Assembly: GCA_041484665.1 (NCBI GenBank)
Contig: JBGPIA010000002.1
Span: 128,001-192,000, forward strand
DNA length: 64,000 nt
Reading direction: 5' to 3'
DNA from: Candidatus Krumholzibacteriia bacterium
GTDB lineage: Bacteria > Krumholzibacteriota > Krumholzibacteriia > JAJRXK01
How positions within the stretch are numbered: the first letter of the stretch is position 1; every line of letters starts with the position of its first letter. A program made the position numbers and the translations under genes. Below the pieces are notes generated by a model, which worked only from the letters and a program-made list of their open reading frames with translations, was not told where the DNA came from and did not search any database. Of this stretch, positions 45,244 to 54,990 are shown piece by piece.

Positions 45244-46538
45244 TCCAGCTGCAGCGCGCCCCGGGTGACGGCGTGGTGCCGGGCTACCGCTGGGCGCCCG
45301 GGGACCGCCTGGCGCGCATCGGCGGGACGGCCATCGCGGACATCCTCGACTTCTACTATCTGTCCGAAGAGGAGGGCTCGGTCGAGCTCGTGATCGTCGA
45401 TACGGCGGACCGTGCCGATCGCTACACGGTGCAGACCGCGCAACTGACCACCCTGGCGCATGCGTTCGCGCCCATGGAGTTCAAGACCTGCGCGGCCCGC
45501 TGCGTCTTCTGCTTCATCGACCAGAATCCGCAGGGTCTGCGCGAGAGCATCTACGTCAAGGACGAGGATTACCGCCTCAGCTTCCTCTACGGAAACTACA
45601 TCACCCTCACCAGCCTTGGACGCCAGGGACTGCGGCGCGTCCTGACCCAGAAGCTCTCGCCGCTCTACGTCTCGGTGCACGCCACCGACGTGGAGGTACG
45701 CACGCGGCTGTTGGGGATCAAGCGGCGCATGGACGTGATGGGCGCCCTGCGCCAGCTCGCCCTTGGCGGGATCACGGTGCACGGGCAGATCGTGCTCTGT
45801 CCCGGCTGGAACGATGGGGATGTGCTGACGCGGACGCTCGACGATCTCGCCTCGCTCTATCCGCAGGTCGCCTCGATCGCCGTGGTGCCGGTGGGCCTCT
45901 CGGACCACCGCGCGGGCCTCACGCAGCTGCGGCCGGTGACGGCAAAGGACGCGGCCCGGGCCATCGATCAGGTGACCGCCTGGGGGGACCGCTTCCTCGC
46001 GCGCAAGGGCACGCGGCTGGCGTTCACGAGCGACGAGTTCTTCCTGCGCTGCAGCCGCCCCTTCCCGCCACCAAGGTTCTACGAAGACCTGCCCCAGGAG
46101 GACAACGGCATCGGCATCTGTCCGCTGCTGCGCGAAGAGGTGCGGTCGGCGCTGCCCGATCTGCGCGCCGCCGGGCGCGCGCGCCGCACGGTCACGATCG
46201 TCACCGGCACGCTCGCCGAGCAGTTCTTCGAGCACGACCTGCGGCCGTTGTTGAGCACGATCCCCTGGCTCGACCTGCGCGTGGTCGGCGTCGTCAACCG
46301 GCTGTACGGCGCCGGGATCTCGGTGGCCGGCCTGCTGTGCGGCCGCGACTTCCTCCAAGCGATCCAGGCGCTGCCCGCCGAAGCCGGCGCGGTGCTGATC
46401 CCCGATGTTGCGCTCAACCACGACGGCCTGTTCCTCGACGACCTGTCAGAGGACGACTTCCTGGCGCGCGCGGGACGCCCCGTCCACGTCGCCCGCGAGG
46501 GGCTCGTGGAGGCGCTCCTGCGCTGCGCCGGCGCCTGA
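45240..46538 (+). CDS. DUF512-domain radical-SAM-like Fe-S protein with PDZ-like N-terminus
   Basis: CAARCVFCFIDQ.P..LR..IYVKDEDYRLSFLYGNYITLT. Upstream of der. Confidence 0.88.
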   Translation: MIQLQRAPGDGVVPGYRWAPGDRLARIGGTAIADILDFYYLSEEEGSVELVIVDTADRADRYTVQTAQLTTLAHAFAPMEFKTCAARCVFCFIDQNPQGLRESIYVKDEDYRLSFLYGNYITLTSLGRQGLRRVLTQKLSPLYVSVHATDVEVRTRLLGIKRRMDVMGALRQLALGGITVHGQIVLCPGWNDGDVLTRTLDDLASLYPQVASIAVVPVGLSDHRAGLTQLRPVTAKDAARAIDQVTAWGDRFLARKGTRLAFTSDEFFLRCSRPFPPPRFYEDLPQEDNGIGICPLLREEVRSALPDLRAAGRARRTVTIVTGTLAEQFFEHDLRPLLSTIPWLDLRVVGVVNRLYGAGISVAGLLCGRDFLQAIQALPAEAGAVLIPDVALNHDGLFLDDLSEDDFLARAGRPVHVAREGLVEALLRCAGA

Positions 46539-46540
46539 CC

Positions 46541-47851
46541 ATGGCCCTGCCCATCGTCGCCGTGGTGGGCCGCCCCAACGTGGGCAAGTCCACGCTCTTC
46601 AATCGCCTCACGCGCACGCACGAGGCCGTGGTCCACGAGGAGAGCGGCGTCACACGCGATCGCCACCTGCGCGCGTGCGACTGGAACGGCGTGCACTTCC
46701 TGCTGGCCGACACGGGAGGCATCGTCCCCGACGGGGAGCAGCGCAGCCTGGACCACGCCGTCACCGAGATCGCGCGCGACACGATCCGCCTGGCCGAGGC
46801 CGTGCTGTTCATGGTGGATGTCGGCAGCGGCATCGCATCGCCCGATGAGATCATCGCCCGGCAACTGCGCGGGGTCGGCAAGCCGGTGTTCGTGGTGGCC
46901 AACAAGGCGGAATCCGAGAACGAGCGCCTGCGCGCCACGGAGTTCTACCGTCTGGGGCTGGGACCGGTGTTCCCGGTATCCGCGCTCCACGGCGAAGGCA
47001 CCGGCGACCTGCTGGACGCAGTCGTGGCCACGCTGCCCCTGCACGAGCCCGAGCCCGCGGCGGACTTGCGCGTGGCGGTGGTCGGACGCCCCAATGTGGG
47101 CAAGAGCAGCCTGACCAACCGCCTCTGCGGCGAGGAGCGCACGCTGGTCAGCGACATCCCCGGTACTACGCGCGACTCCATCGACACCCGCGTCCGCTGG
47201 CACGGCCATGACGTCGTGCTGGTGGACACCGCCGGGATCCGGCGCAAAGCCAAGCACGAGAAGGGTGTGGAGTATTTCTCCACGCTGCGCTCGCTACGCG
47301 CCATCGAGCGCTGCGACGTGGCCGTGCTGCTGCTGGACGCCGCGGAGGGGATGGTGGCGCAGGATGCACGCATCGCGGGCGCGATCCACGACGCGGGCCG
47401 GGGGGCGGTGATCGCCGTCAACAAGTGGGACGCCGTCCAGAAGGAGACCCAGACGCTCGCCCACTTCACCGAGGGCGTGCGCTCGGAGCTGGCGTTCTTG
47501 AACTACGCCCCCGTCGTCTCGATCTCGGCGACGGCTGGGTTGCGCACGGGCCGCATCTTGCAGCTGGCATGGGAGGTGGGGCAGGAGCGTCAGAAAACGG
47601 TTGAAACGAGCCTCGTAAACGCGATACTCGAGAAGGCGCAGGCGCAGAACCAGCCCAAGGTCCACAACCGCGGGACCGGACGCATCTACTACGGGACGCA
47701 GACCGGCGTGGCGCCACCGACCTTCACGCTCTTTGTGAACCGGGCCGAGTACTTCGGCCGCAACTACATGCGGTATCTGAGCAATCAAGTGCGCGAGCGT
47801 ATCGGCTTCAAGGGCACGCGCATCCAGATCGAGCTGAAGGAGCGGAGGTAG
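46541..47851 (+). CDS. der: Ribosome biogenesis GTPase Der/EngA
   Basis: Two GRPNVGKS G1 motifs, GVTRD/GTTRD, DTGG/DTAG and PPTF KH-like tail. Confidence 0.98.
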   Translation: MALPIVAVVGRPNVGKSTLFNRLTRTHEAVVHEESGVTRDRHLRACDWNGVHFLLADTGGIVPDGEQRSLDHAVTEIARDTIRLAEAVLFMVDVGSGIASPDEIIARQLRGVGKPVFVVANKAESENERLRATEFYRLGLGPVFPVSALHGEGTGDLLDAVVATLPLHEPEPAADLRVAVVGRPNVGKSSLTNRLCGEERTLVSDIPGTTRDSIDTRVRWHGHDVVLVDTAGIRRKAKHEKGVEYFSTLRSLRAIERCDVAVLLLDAAEGMVAQDARIAGAIHDAGRGAVIAVNKWDAVQKETQTLAHFTEGVRSELAFLNYAPVVSISATAGLRTGRILQLAWEVGQERQKTVETSLVNAILEKAQAQNQPKVHNRGTGRIYYGTQTGVAPPTFTLFVNRAEYFGRNYMRYLSNQVRERIGFKGTRIQIELKERR

Positions 47852-47856
47852 GCTCC

Positions 47857-48483
47857 GTGCGGTGGCTGCTGATCCCGCTCTTGGGCGGCTACCTGCTGGG
47901 GAGCATCCCGACCAGTTACATCGTGGGCCGCCTGGCGCGCGGGATCGATCTGCGCCACGCGGGTAGCGGCAACCTGGGCGCGACCAATGCCCTGCGCGTG
48001 CTGGGCTGGAAAGCGGGCGCCCTGGTGCTCCTGGTGGATGTGGGCAAGGGCCTGGGCGCGGTGCTGTTGGGTTGGGCGCTGCTGCCGGGTGGACCGACGC
48101 GCGACCTGGCCGCCTTGATCTCCGCGCTGGCCGTGGTCGTGGGGCACATCTTCAGCCCGTGGGTTGGCTTCAAAGGGGGCAAGGGCGTCGCGCCCACGGC
48201 CGGCGCGTTCCTGGCGCTGGCACCGTGGGGCGCCATTCCCGCCCTGGGCGTGTGGCTGTTCCTGCTCGTGCTCACGCGGGTCATGAGCGTCGCCAGCCTG
48301 GCCGCCGCCGCCACGTTCCCCGTGTGCCTGGCCATCCACGAGCTCGCAGCAGTGGCGCGCTCGGGGCGCGCCGCGCACTGGTTGACGCTGGCGGCTTCGG
48401 TCGTGGCGGCCACGCTGGTGGTTGCTCGGCACCGCGACAATATCCACCGGCTGCGTCAGGGCCAGGAAAAGCCCCTCTGGTGA
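47857..48483 (+). CDS. plsY: Glycerol-3-phosphate acyltransferase PlsY
   Basis: YLLGSIP, GSGNLGATN, GH...FKGGKGVA and HRDNI.RL. Confidence 0.96.
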   Translation: MRWLLIPLLGGYLLGSIPTSYIVGRLARGIDLRHAGSGNLGATNALRVLGWKAGALVLLVDVGKGLGAVLLGWALLPGGPTRDLAALISALAVVVGHIFSPWVGFKGGKGVAPTAGAFLALAPWGAIPALGVWLFLLVLTRVMSVASLAAAATFPVCLAIHELAAVARSGRAAHWLTLAASVVAATLVVARHRDNIHRLRQGQEKPLW

Positions 48484-49496
48484 TGATCGGGGAGGGACGC
48501 ACCGCGGTGCTCGGCGCAGGCTCGTGGGGAACCGCGCTTGCGCTGACGGCGGCACAGTCCCGTCACCGCGTGCGCTTGTGGGCCCGCCGCCGCGACCTGG
48601 TGGAGGAGATCAAGGGCGGCGCGAGCTCGCGCTACCTGCCCGGAGTGCCGCTGGGCAGCGAGCTCTGCCCGACGGCGGACCTCGACCTGGCGCTGGGCGA
48701 CGCGGCGCTGGTCGTGCTGGCGGTACCCTCGGGCGTGGTGGCGGAGGTGTGCGCCGCGCTGCGGGCGCGCCCACGGGCGCTGGCGCTGCCGGTGGTCTGC
48801 GCGGCGAAGGGCCTGGAGCCGGGAACCGGACGCCGCATGAGCCAGGTGATGGCCGAGGTTCTTCGCACCGCGACGGAGCGCCATGCCGTGCTGGTCGGGC
48901 CCAGTCACGCCGAAGAGGTGGCGCGCCGCATTCCGACCGCGGTGGTGCTCGGCGGGGGGGACGCGCAGCTGCGCGCGGCGCTGCAGGAGCGCCTCGCGGC
49001 GCCGTTCTTCCGCGTGTACACCAACGACGACCTGGTGGGTCTGGAGCTGGCCGCTGCCGTCAAGAACGTGCTGGCCATTGCCGCCGGGATCTGCGACGGG
49101 CTCGGACTGGGCGACAACACCAAGGGTGCGCTGCTGACGCGCGGCGTGGCCGAGATCGCGCGCTTGGGCGTGGCCAGCGGCGCCCGGCGCGAGACGTTCT
49201 TCGGGCTGGCCGGCATCGGTGACGTCATCACGACGTGCCTGAGCCGGCACAGCCGCAACCGCCGCCTGGGCGAGCGTATCGGCGCGGGCGCCACGCTGTG
49301 CGAAGCGCTGGCCGCGATGACGCAAGTGGCCGAGGGAGTGGAGACAGCGCGCACGGTGTCCATGCTGGCGCGCGCTGCCGGCGTGTCCATGCCCATCTGC
49401 GACCAGGTCGCCGCGGTGCTGTTCGGCGGACAGTCCCCAGGCGCGGCGATCGAGGAGCTGATGGGCCGCGCCCTGCGCTCCGAGCACGAGAGCTGA
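48483..49496 (+). CDS. gpsA: NAD(P)H-dependent glycerol-3-phosphate dehydrogenase
   Basis: GAGSWGTALA, GPSHA.E, KNVLAIAAG and GD...TC.S..SRN. Confidence 0.96.
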   Translation: MIGEGRTAVLGAGSWGTALALTAAQSRHRVRLWARRRDLVEEIKGGASSRYLPGVPLGSELCPTADLDLALGDAALVVLAVPSGVVAEVCAALRARPRALALPVVCAAKGLEPGTGRRMSQVMAEVLRTATERHAVLVGPSHAEEVARRIPTAVVLGGGDAQLRAALQERLAAPFFRVYTNDDLVGLELAAAVKNVLAIAAGICDGLGLGDNTKGALLTRGVAEIARLGVASGARRETFFGLAGIGDVITTCLSRHSRNRRLGERIGAGATLCEALAAMTQVAEGVETARTVSMLARAAGVSMPICDQVAAVLFGGQSPGAAIEELMGRALRSEHES

Positions 49497-49526
49497 CGCC
49501 CGGGCGCGTACCGGCAAGGAGGATGC

Positions 49527-49952
49527 ATGCCAGCCGAGCTTCCCGACAAGCTCTACTACAGCATCAGCGAGGTGGCTGAGCACACGCAGGTCAAGCCCCA
49601 TGTCCTGCGCTACTGGGAGTCCGAGTTCCCCACACTGCGGCCGCGCAAGAACCGCGCTGGCAACCGCAGCTACCGGCGCAAGGACATCGACGAGGTCCTG
49701 TCGATCAAGCGCCTGCTGTACGCGGAGGGGTACAAGATCGACGGCGCGCGTAAGGTCCTGCGCGATGCCGCTGCTCGCCTGGAAACTGCGGGTGTGAAGA
49801 CCCCTGCGGGGGCGCGGGCATCCGCCTCCGCCCCGGCCGGCGCCGTCGCGACGGGGGCCGCTGGCCCGCGGCCGTCGGACACGGCGCGCCGGCGGCTAGC
49901 CGAGCTGCGCCGCGAGCTGGCCGAGCTCCTGGAGATGGTGCGCAGGCTCTGA
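49527..49952 (+). CDS. MerR-family HTH protein
   Basis: KLYYSISEVA...HVLRYWE.EF..L.P.K...NRSY. Followed by tRNA-Pro(GGG), a common context. Confidence 0.9.
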   Translation: MPAELPDKLYYSISEVAEHTQVKPHVLRYWESEFPTLRPRKNRAGNRSYRRKDIDEVLSIKRLLYAEGYKIDGARKVLRDAAARLETAGVKTPAGARASASAPAGAVATGAAGPRPSDTARRRLAELRRELAELLEMVRRL

Positions 49953-49970
49953 TGCGCGGCAGTCGCTCGG

Positions 49971-50000
49971 TTGGCACGGACCTGGGGGGTCTGCTATATT
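49971..50000 (+). promoter_or_regulatory. sigma70-type promoter of tRNA-Pro(GGG)
   Basis: TTGGCA-N18-TATATT with extended TG. Confidence 0.6.
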
Positions 50001-50034
50001 CCGCGGTCGGGGCCGTCGGCCCCGCGTTGCCTGG

Positions 50035-50112
<78 letters not shown>

Positions 50113-50168
50113 TCCTTTCTTTCCCGCCCGCCCGCCCGGCCCCCGCATCGTGCCCCTGACCCCGCAAC

Positions 50169-50912
50169 ATGGACGGCCTGCGCCGACGTCGCGGCATGTC
50201 TGAGCGACTGCTGGTCGTCCTGCCGGGCTACAACGTCGCGCGCCACCTGCCCGCGCTGGTCGCGGGTTTGCGCCGGCATGCGCCCGGGGTCGACCTCTGC
50301 CTGGTGGACGACGGCTCCAGCGACGGCACCGCCGAGGCGGCCCGTGGCCTGGGCCTGGAGGTACGAATCCATCCCGGCAACCGCGGCAAGGGTGAGGCGC
50401 TCAAGACCGGCTTCGCCTACGCCGTCGCCCATGGCTACGACGCCGTCCTGACCCTCGATGCCGACGGGCAGCACCTACCCGAGGAGGTGCCCCGCCTGAT
50501 CGAGCGTTTCCGGCAGGGCGCCGACGTCGTGATCGGCAGCCGCATGCACGCCAACGCGGGCATGCCCTGGCTGCGCAAGCGCACCAATGAGTTCACCTCG
50601 GCCGTGGTCAGCCGGCTGGCCAGCGCGCGCATCCCCGACAGTCAGTCCGGCTTCCGCCTGATCGCCACTTCCGTGCTGCGCGCGATGACATTGCAGTCCA
50701 GCCGTTACGATCTCGAGTCGGAGGTCTTGATCCGAGCCGGACGCCTCGGCTACAGTATCGCGTCGGTCCCGATCACCACCGTCTACCAAGACCAGCACAG
50801 CTCGATCCACCCCCTCGTCGACACGCTGCGCTTCTTCCGCCTGGTCGGACGCGCGCGCCGCTGGCGCCGCCGCCCGGGCGATTCGCCTCCCCGAGGGGAC
50901 GGCGCCCCTTGA
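50169..50912 (+). CDS. Family 2 glycosyltransferase (polyprenol-phosphate-sugar synthase-like); alternative start 50196
   Basis: VDDGSSDGT, NRGKG, DADGQH and DSQSGFR. Confidence 0.9.
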   Translation: MDGLRRRRGMSERLLVVLPGYNVARHLPALVAGLRRHAPGVDLCLVDDGSSDGTAEAARGLGLEVRIHPGNRGKGEALKTGFAYAVAHGYDAVLTLDADGQHLPEEVPRLIERFRQGADVVIGSRMHANAGMPWLRKRTNEFTSAVVSRLASARIPDSQSGFRLIATSVLRAMTLQSSRYDLESEVLIRAGRLGYSIASVPITTVYQDQHSSIHPLVDTLRFFRLVGRARRWRRRPGDSPPRGDGAP

Positions 50913-50919
50913 GCGGTCC

Positions 50920-51696
50920 ATGCACATCCTGCTGAGCAACGACGACGGCATCCACGCCGAGGGCTTGCGCCGCCTGCGCGAGGCGTTGCGCGAGGGGCTG
51001 CGCGCGGCCGACCCGTCCCTGCGCATCACCACGGTGGCCCCCGACCGCGAGCAGAGCGCCTCGAGCCACGCTCTCACGCTCACCGCGCCGTTGCGTGTCG
51101 AGCAGGTGGCCGACGGCTGCTACAGCGTGAGCGGGACGCCCACCGACTGCGTGTTGATCGCCGTGCGCAAGCTGCTGTGCGACGCGCCGCCAGACGTGGT
51201 GGTCTCGGGGATCAACCACGGCCCGAACATGGGCGAAGACGTGCACTACAGCGGGACCGTGGCCGCTGCGATGGAGGGGCGCATCCTCGGAGTGCCGGGC
51301 ATCGCCATCTCGGCCACCGGCCGGGGCGGGGCGCTGCAGTTCGGCGCGGCCGAGGCCTTCGTGCGCCACGTGCTCTCTGTTTGGCTGGCGCGTGGGACCG
51401 GGCCCGTCCTGCTGAACGTGAACGTCCCGTCGCTGCCCGCGGACCGCATCGCGGGCGTTCGCGTCTGCCGCCTGGGCAGTCGCGAGTACCACGACCTGAT
51501 CATGCGCACGAAGGATCCGCGCGGCCGGGACTACTTCTGGATCGGCGGCTCGGATGTCACCTACGCCGACGAGAGCGACACCGACTTCGTGCTCAACAGC
51601 GCCGGGTATATCACGGTCACGCCGCTGCGCGTGGACTCCACCGACTTCGGCCTGCTGCCACAGCTGCGCGCCCTCGAGGAGGGATGGCCCCCATGA
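50920..51696 (+). CDS. surE: 5'/3'-nucleotidase SurE
   Basis: ILLSNDDG, GTPTDCV and SGINHG.N.G....YSGTVAAA.EG. Confidence 0.97.
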   Translation: MHILLSNDDGIHAEGLRRLREALREGLRAADPSLRITTVAPDREQSASSHALTLTAPLRVEQVADGCYSVSGTPTDCVLIAVRKLLCDAPPDVVVSGINHGPNMGEDVHYSGTVAAAMEGRILGVPGIAISATGRGGALQFGAAEAFVRHVLSVWLARGTGPVLLNVNVPSLPADRIAGVRVCRLGSREYHDLIMRTKDPRGRDYFWIGGSDVTYADESDTDFVLNSAGYITVTPLRVDSTDFGLLPQLRALEEGWPP

Positions 51697-52337
51697 AGCC
51701 CTTCGCCGAGGACCGGCGGCGCATGGTACGCGCCCAGCTGTTGCAGCAGGGGATCCAGGACGCGCGGGTGCTCGACGTCATGGCGGAGGTGCCGCGCCAC
51801 CACTTCATCGACCCGGACCGCTGGTCGGAGGCCTACGCCCCCAAGGCCGTACCCATCGGCTACGCCCAGACCATCAGCCAACCCTACATGGTCGCGCTCA
51901 TGACCGAGCTGCTGGAGCTCACCGGGCAGGAGCACGTGTTGGAGGTAGGGACCGGCAGCGGCTATCAGGCCGCGATCCTGGCGCAGCTCGCCCGGTCGGT
52001 GGTCAGCGTCGAGCGCATCGTGGGCCTCGCGCGCACCGCCGCCGGTCTGCTGGCGGAGCTGGGAGTCGACAACGTCGACATCGTCGTGGGGGATGGCACG
52101 CTCGGCCACCCGCCACGCGCGCCCTACGATCGCATCATCGTGACCGCCGCGGCACCGCAGGTGCCTGCGACGCTGCTCGCCCAGCTCGCCGACCCGGGCG
52201 TGATCGTCTGCCCGGTGGGCGACCTGCACATGCAGTTCCTGCACGTGCTGCGCCGCGCGGGCGGCAAGGACGCGCTCGCGCAGCAATGCGCCTGCCGCTT
52301 CGTGCCGCTGCTCGGCGCCGAGGGATTCTCCCCCTGA
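51693..52337 (+). CDS. pcm: Protein-L-isoaspartate O-methyltransferase
   Basis: QTISQP, LEVGTGSGYQAA, APYDRIIVTAA and FVPL. Confidence 0.97.
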   Translation: MKPFAEDRRRMVRAQLLQQGIQDARVLDVMAEVPRHHFIDPDRWSEAYAPKAVPIGYAQTISQPYMVALMTELLELTGQEHVLEVGTGSGYQAAILAQLARSVVSVERIVGLARTAAGLLAELGVDNVDIVVGDGTLGHPPRAPYDRIIVTAAAPQVPATLLAQLADPGVIVCPVGDLHMQFLHVLRRAGGKDALAQQCACRFVPLLGAEGFSP

Positions 52338-52367
52338 GCGCCCCGCCACTGCGTGGGAAAACAGCCG

Positions 52368-52396
52368 TTGCGAGCGCCTGGGGCGTTTGGTAGATT
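52368..52396 (+). promoter_or_regulatory. sigma70-type promoter upstream of the structured RNA and tRNA-Pro(CGG)
   Basis: TTGCGA-N17-TAGATT with extended TG. Confidence 0.55.
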
Positions 52397-52403
52397 CCCG
52401 AGT

Positions 52404-52628
52404 CGGCCGTGAGCGAACGCGCGCTTGCCGTGGGCGGGCGGCGCAACCCCAGAAGTGCCGGCCGCTTGCGCGCACGGCGCGGCCGCGCGGGGGCTCGCGT
52501 CCGGCGCGCACGCAAGCGCGGGCGAAGCTGGCCCAGCTCTTCGCATTGCCGCTGCGCCGCGCCAGCGATTTTTCTGGGCGTTGCGATCGTCCCGCTGGCG
52601 ATGGTGACGAGCGCGCCGATGGCGGCCG
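52404..52628 (+). ncRNA. Candidate structured RNA of unknown family
   Basis: Nested long-range helices (52404-52455 with 52571-52628) closing three internal hairpins. No credible ORF. Starts just after a predicted promoter. Confidence 0.45.
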
Positions 52629-52664
52629 CGCCCGTGGGGGCTTGGGACGCGGTCCGGAACAGGT

Positions 52665-52742
<78 letters not shown>

Positions 52743-52743
52743 T

Positions 52744-53493
52744 ATGATTCGAGTGCGACACGCGGTCTGGTGGCCACGCCTGCTGCGCGTGGGAGTCCTG
52801 GGCGGGATGTTCGTGGGGAGCCCGGGGCGGCCCGGCACGGGAGCAGCGGGATTCGCCCTGGCGCAGACGTCGCAGACGCCACGAACGCCGCAGGCCTCGC
52901 TCGCTCCACCGCCCGCCGCGGATCTGTTCGTCCGGACGCAGCGCGGCGACACGCTGCTGCGGCTGGCCCGGCGCTTCGGCACGAGCGTGGAGCGGCTGCG
53001 CGAGGACAACGGAATCGCGGACAACGTGCTGCGCCCGGGCCAGAAGCTGCTGGTGCGCGAGGTGGCCTGGCCGCCGAAGCAGCGCGCCTCGCCGTTCCGA
53101 CCGCGTCCGCCGCTCGCCGGAGCGAGCGCCGCGCGCATCGTCTCGGGGTTCGGCGAGCAGACCAGCGCGCGCAACCGGCGGGTCGTGCGGCGCAACACGG
53201 GGCTGGAGCTGACAGCGCGCGCGGGGGCCCCGGTGCTTGGCGCCGACCACGGGGTGGTGCGCTTCCTAGGCGAGATTCCCGGATTGGGGCAGGTGGCGAT
53301 CGTCGAGCACGCGGGCGGGTGGAGGACGGTGTACGGCCCTCTGGATCCGGAGCGCCCGTGCGTCGAGGTCGGCGAAATCGTGCGCCGCGGGCAGACGCTG
53401 GGCGCCGTGGGCGCCGCGGACCCGCCGCTGCTGCACTTCGAGATCCGCAAGGGCAACGAGCCGGTCGATCCGCGCCCCTATCTGCGCTGGTAG
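52744..53493 (+). CDS. LysM + degenerate M23 (NlpD/EnvC-like) protein
   Basis: RGDTLLRLARRFGTSVERL..DN LysM domain and LHFEIRK...VDP M23 tail. surE-pcm-nlpD context. Confidence 0.85.
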   Translation: MIRVRHAVWWPRLLRVGVLGGMFVGSPGRPGTGAAGFALAQTSQTPRTPQASLAPPPAADLFVRTQRGDTLLRLARRFGTSVERLREDNGIADNVLRPGQKLLVREVAWPPKQRASPFRPRPPLAGASAARIVSGFGEQTSARNRRVVRRNTGLELTARAGAPVLGADHGVVRFLGEIPGLGQVAIVEHAGGWRTVYGPLDPERPCVEVGEIVRRGQTLGAVGAADPPLLHFEIRKGNEPVDPRPYLRW

Positions 53494-53515
53494 GGGACGC
53501 GCGCTGCCGGCCGCA

Positions 53516-54067
53516 GTGGCGGAAGGTGCATTGGACCTAAGGCGCTACATCCGTGCGATCGCGGACTTCCCCCAGCCGGGAATCCTGTTCCGCGACATCA
53601 CGCCACTGTTGCGCGACTACGGCGCGTTCGAGCATGCGATCGACACGTTGCATCGCCGCTACCGGGGCGAGACCGTGGACACCATCGCCGGCGTCGAGAG
53701 CCGGGGGTTCATCCTCGGCGCCCCCTTGGCGCTGCGGTTGGGGGTCGGGTTCGTCCCCATCCGCAAGGCGGGCAAGCTCCCCGGCGCCACGCGTTCGCGC
53801 AGCTACGCGCTGGAGTACGGGACCGCCACCCTCCAGATGCACGTGGATGCGCTGCAGCAGGGACAACGGGTGGTGCTGGTCGACGACCTGTTGGCCACGG
53901 GGGGGACCGCGGCGGCAGCGGCGGAGCTGGTGGAGGAGGGGGGAGGCAGCCTGGTGGAGATCGCCTTCCTCATCGAGCTCGCGGACCTGGGCGGCCGTGA
54001 GCGGTTGTGCGACCGGCGGGTGTTCTGCATGCTCTCCTACGGGAGCGATGCGGCCGGATCCCCATAG
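53516..54067 (+). CDS. apt: Adenine phosphoribosyltransferase
   Basis: DFPQPGILFRDITP, ESRGF, RKAGKLP and VDDLLATGGT. Confidence 0.97.
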   Translation: MAEGALDLRRYIRAIADFPQPGILFRDITPLLRDYGAFEHAIDTLHRRYRGETVDTIAGVESRGFILGAPLALRLGVGFVPIRKAGKLPGATRSRSYALEYGTATLQMHVDALQQGQRVVLVDDLLATGGTAAAAAELVEEGGGSLVEIAFLIELADLGGRERLCDRRVFCMLSYGSDAAGSP

Positions 54068-54128
54068 CTCGCCACCCATCGTCCTGCACGTCGATCGTCT
54101 GCGAGGCGGACATTCGAGAGGAGATCGG

Positions 54129-54202
54129 GCCCCAGTAGCTCAGGTGGATAGAGCACAGGTTTCCTAAACCTGGTGTCGCAGGTTCAAGTCCTGCCTGGGG
54201 CA
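54129..54202 (+). tRNA. tRNA-Arg(CCT), CCA not encoded
   Basis: GCCCCAG/CTGGGGC acceptor, CAGGT-TTCCTAA-ACCTG anticodon arm and GGTTCAAGTCC T-arm. Confidence 0.94.
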
Positions 54203-54262
54203 GACCCTGCATGCCCGCGGCGCCCTGGGCGGCGCACCGGGCGGCGGACAACGCGGAGGCAA

Positions 54263-54955
54263 ATGAGCGTGAGCCGGAATCACCTGACCAAGGAAGAGTT
54301 GCGCCACGACGGCTTCGTCGAGTGGACGGGCTCGGCGACGGCCTGGCTGCAGAAGCATTTCCTGACCGCAATCGCCGGGATCGCCGTGCTGGCCGTCCTC
54401 GTGCTGGTCAGCGTCTACTTCGCCCAGTCGCGGACACGGGGGCATCAGGAATCCTCCCAGATGCTCTACCGTGCGGGCAGCCTGTACGGAAAGGGCTCGT
54501 ACAGCGAGAGCCTGGTGGCGCTCGACGAGCTGATCGCCCGCCACGGGGGAACGGCGGAGGGAAAGACGGCTCATCACCTCCGGGGAGCCTGCCACCTTGC
54601 CCTCGGCGAGAACGACGCGGCCATCGACGAGTTCCAGCGCTATCTGGATCTGGACAGCAGTGGCGCGTTTGCTGCTTCGGCACGGTCGGGAATGGCCCTG
54701 GCCCTGGAAGCTCGTGGCGACTATCCTCGCGCCGCCGAGGAGTTCCGTAAGCTCCGCTCCGACCTGGGGCCCGATGACGCCCGGTACGCGCAGGCGGCCT
54801 TTGGCGAGGCGCGCGCGCTGGCCCAAATGGGCCAGCCCTCCGCCGCCATCGAAGTTCTCCAGCCTCTGGTGCGCGGCTCGGACATGAGCGCGCGCCAGGA
54901 GGCGCAGTCCCGTATTGCCGTCTACCGCGCGAAGCTGGCCACGCCCTCGTCCTGA
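54263..54955 (+). CDS. YfgM-like membrane-anchored TPR protein
   Basis: KEELRHDGF N-terminus, a single TM helix, then TPR helices. GGAGG SD. Confidence 0.75.
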   Translation: MSVSRNHLTKEELRHDGFVEWTGSATAWLQKHFLTAIAGIAVLAVLVLVSVYFAQSRTRGHQESSQMLYRAGSLYGKGSYSESLVALDELIARHGGTAEGKTAHHLRGACHLALGENDAAIDEFQRYLDLDSSGAFAASARSGMALALEARGDYPRAAEEFRKLRSDLGPDDARYAQAAFGEARALAQMGQPSAAIEVLQPLVRGSDMSARQEAQSRIAVYRAKLATPSS

Positions 54956-54990
54956 GCCGCCCTCCGCTGGGCGCTGTTCCGGAGGTCGAG

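Noticed and set aside
52650..52664. GGTCCGGAAC resembling SRP RNA domain IV
   Set aside because: The flanking CAGG...GGAAGCAGC consensus is missing and the segment abuts the tRNA.
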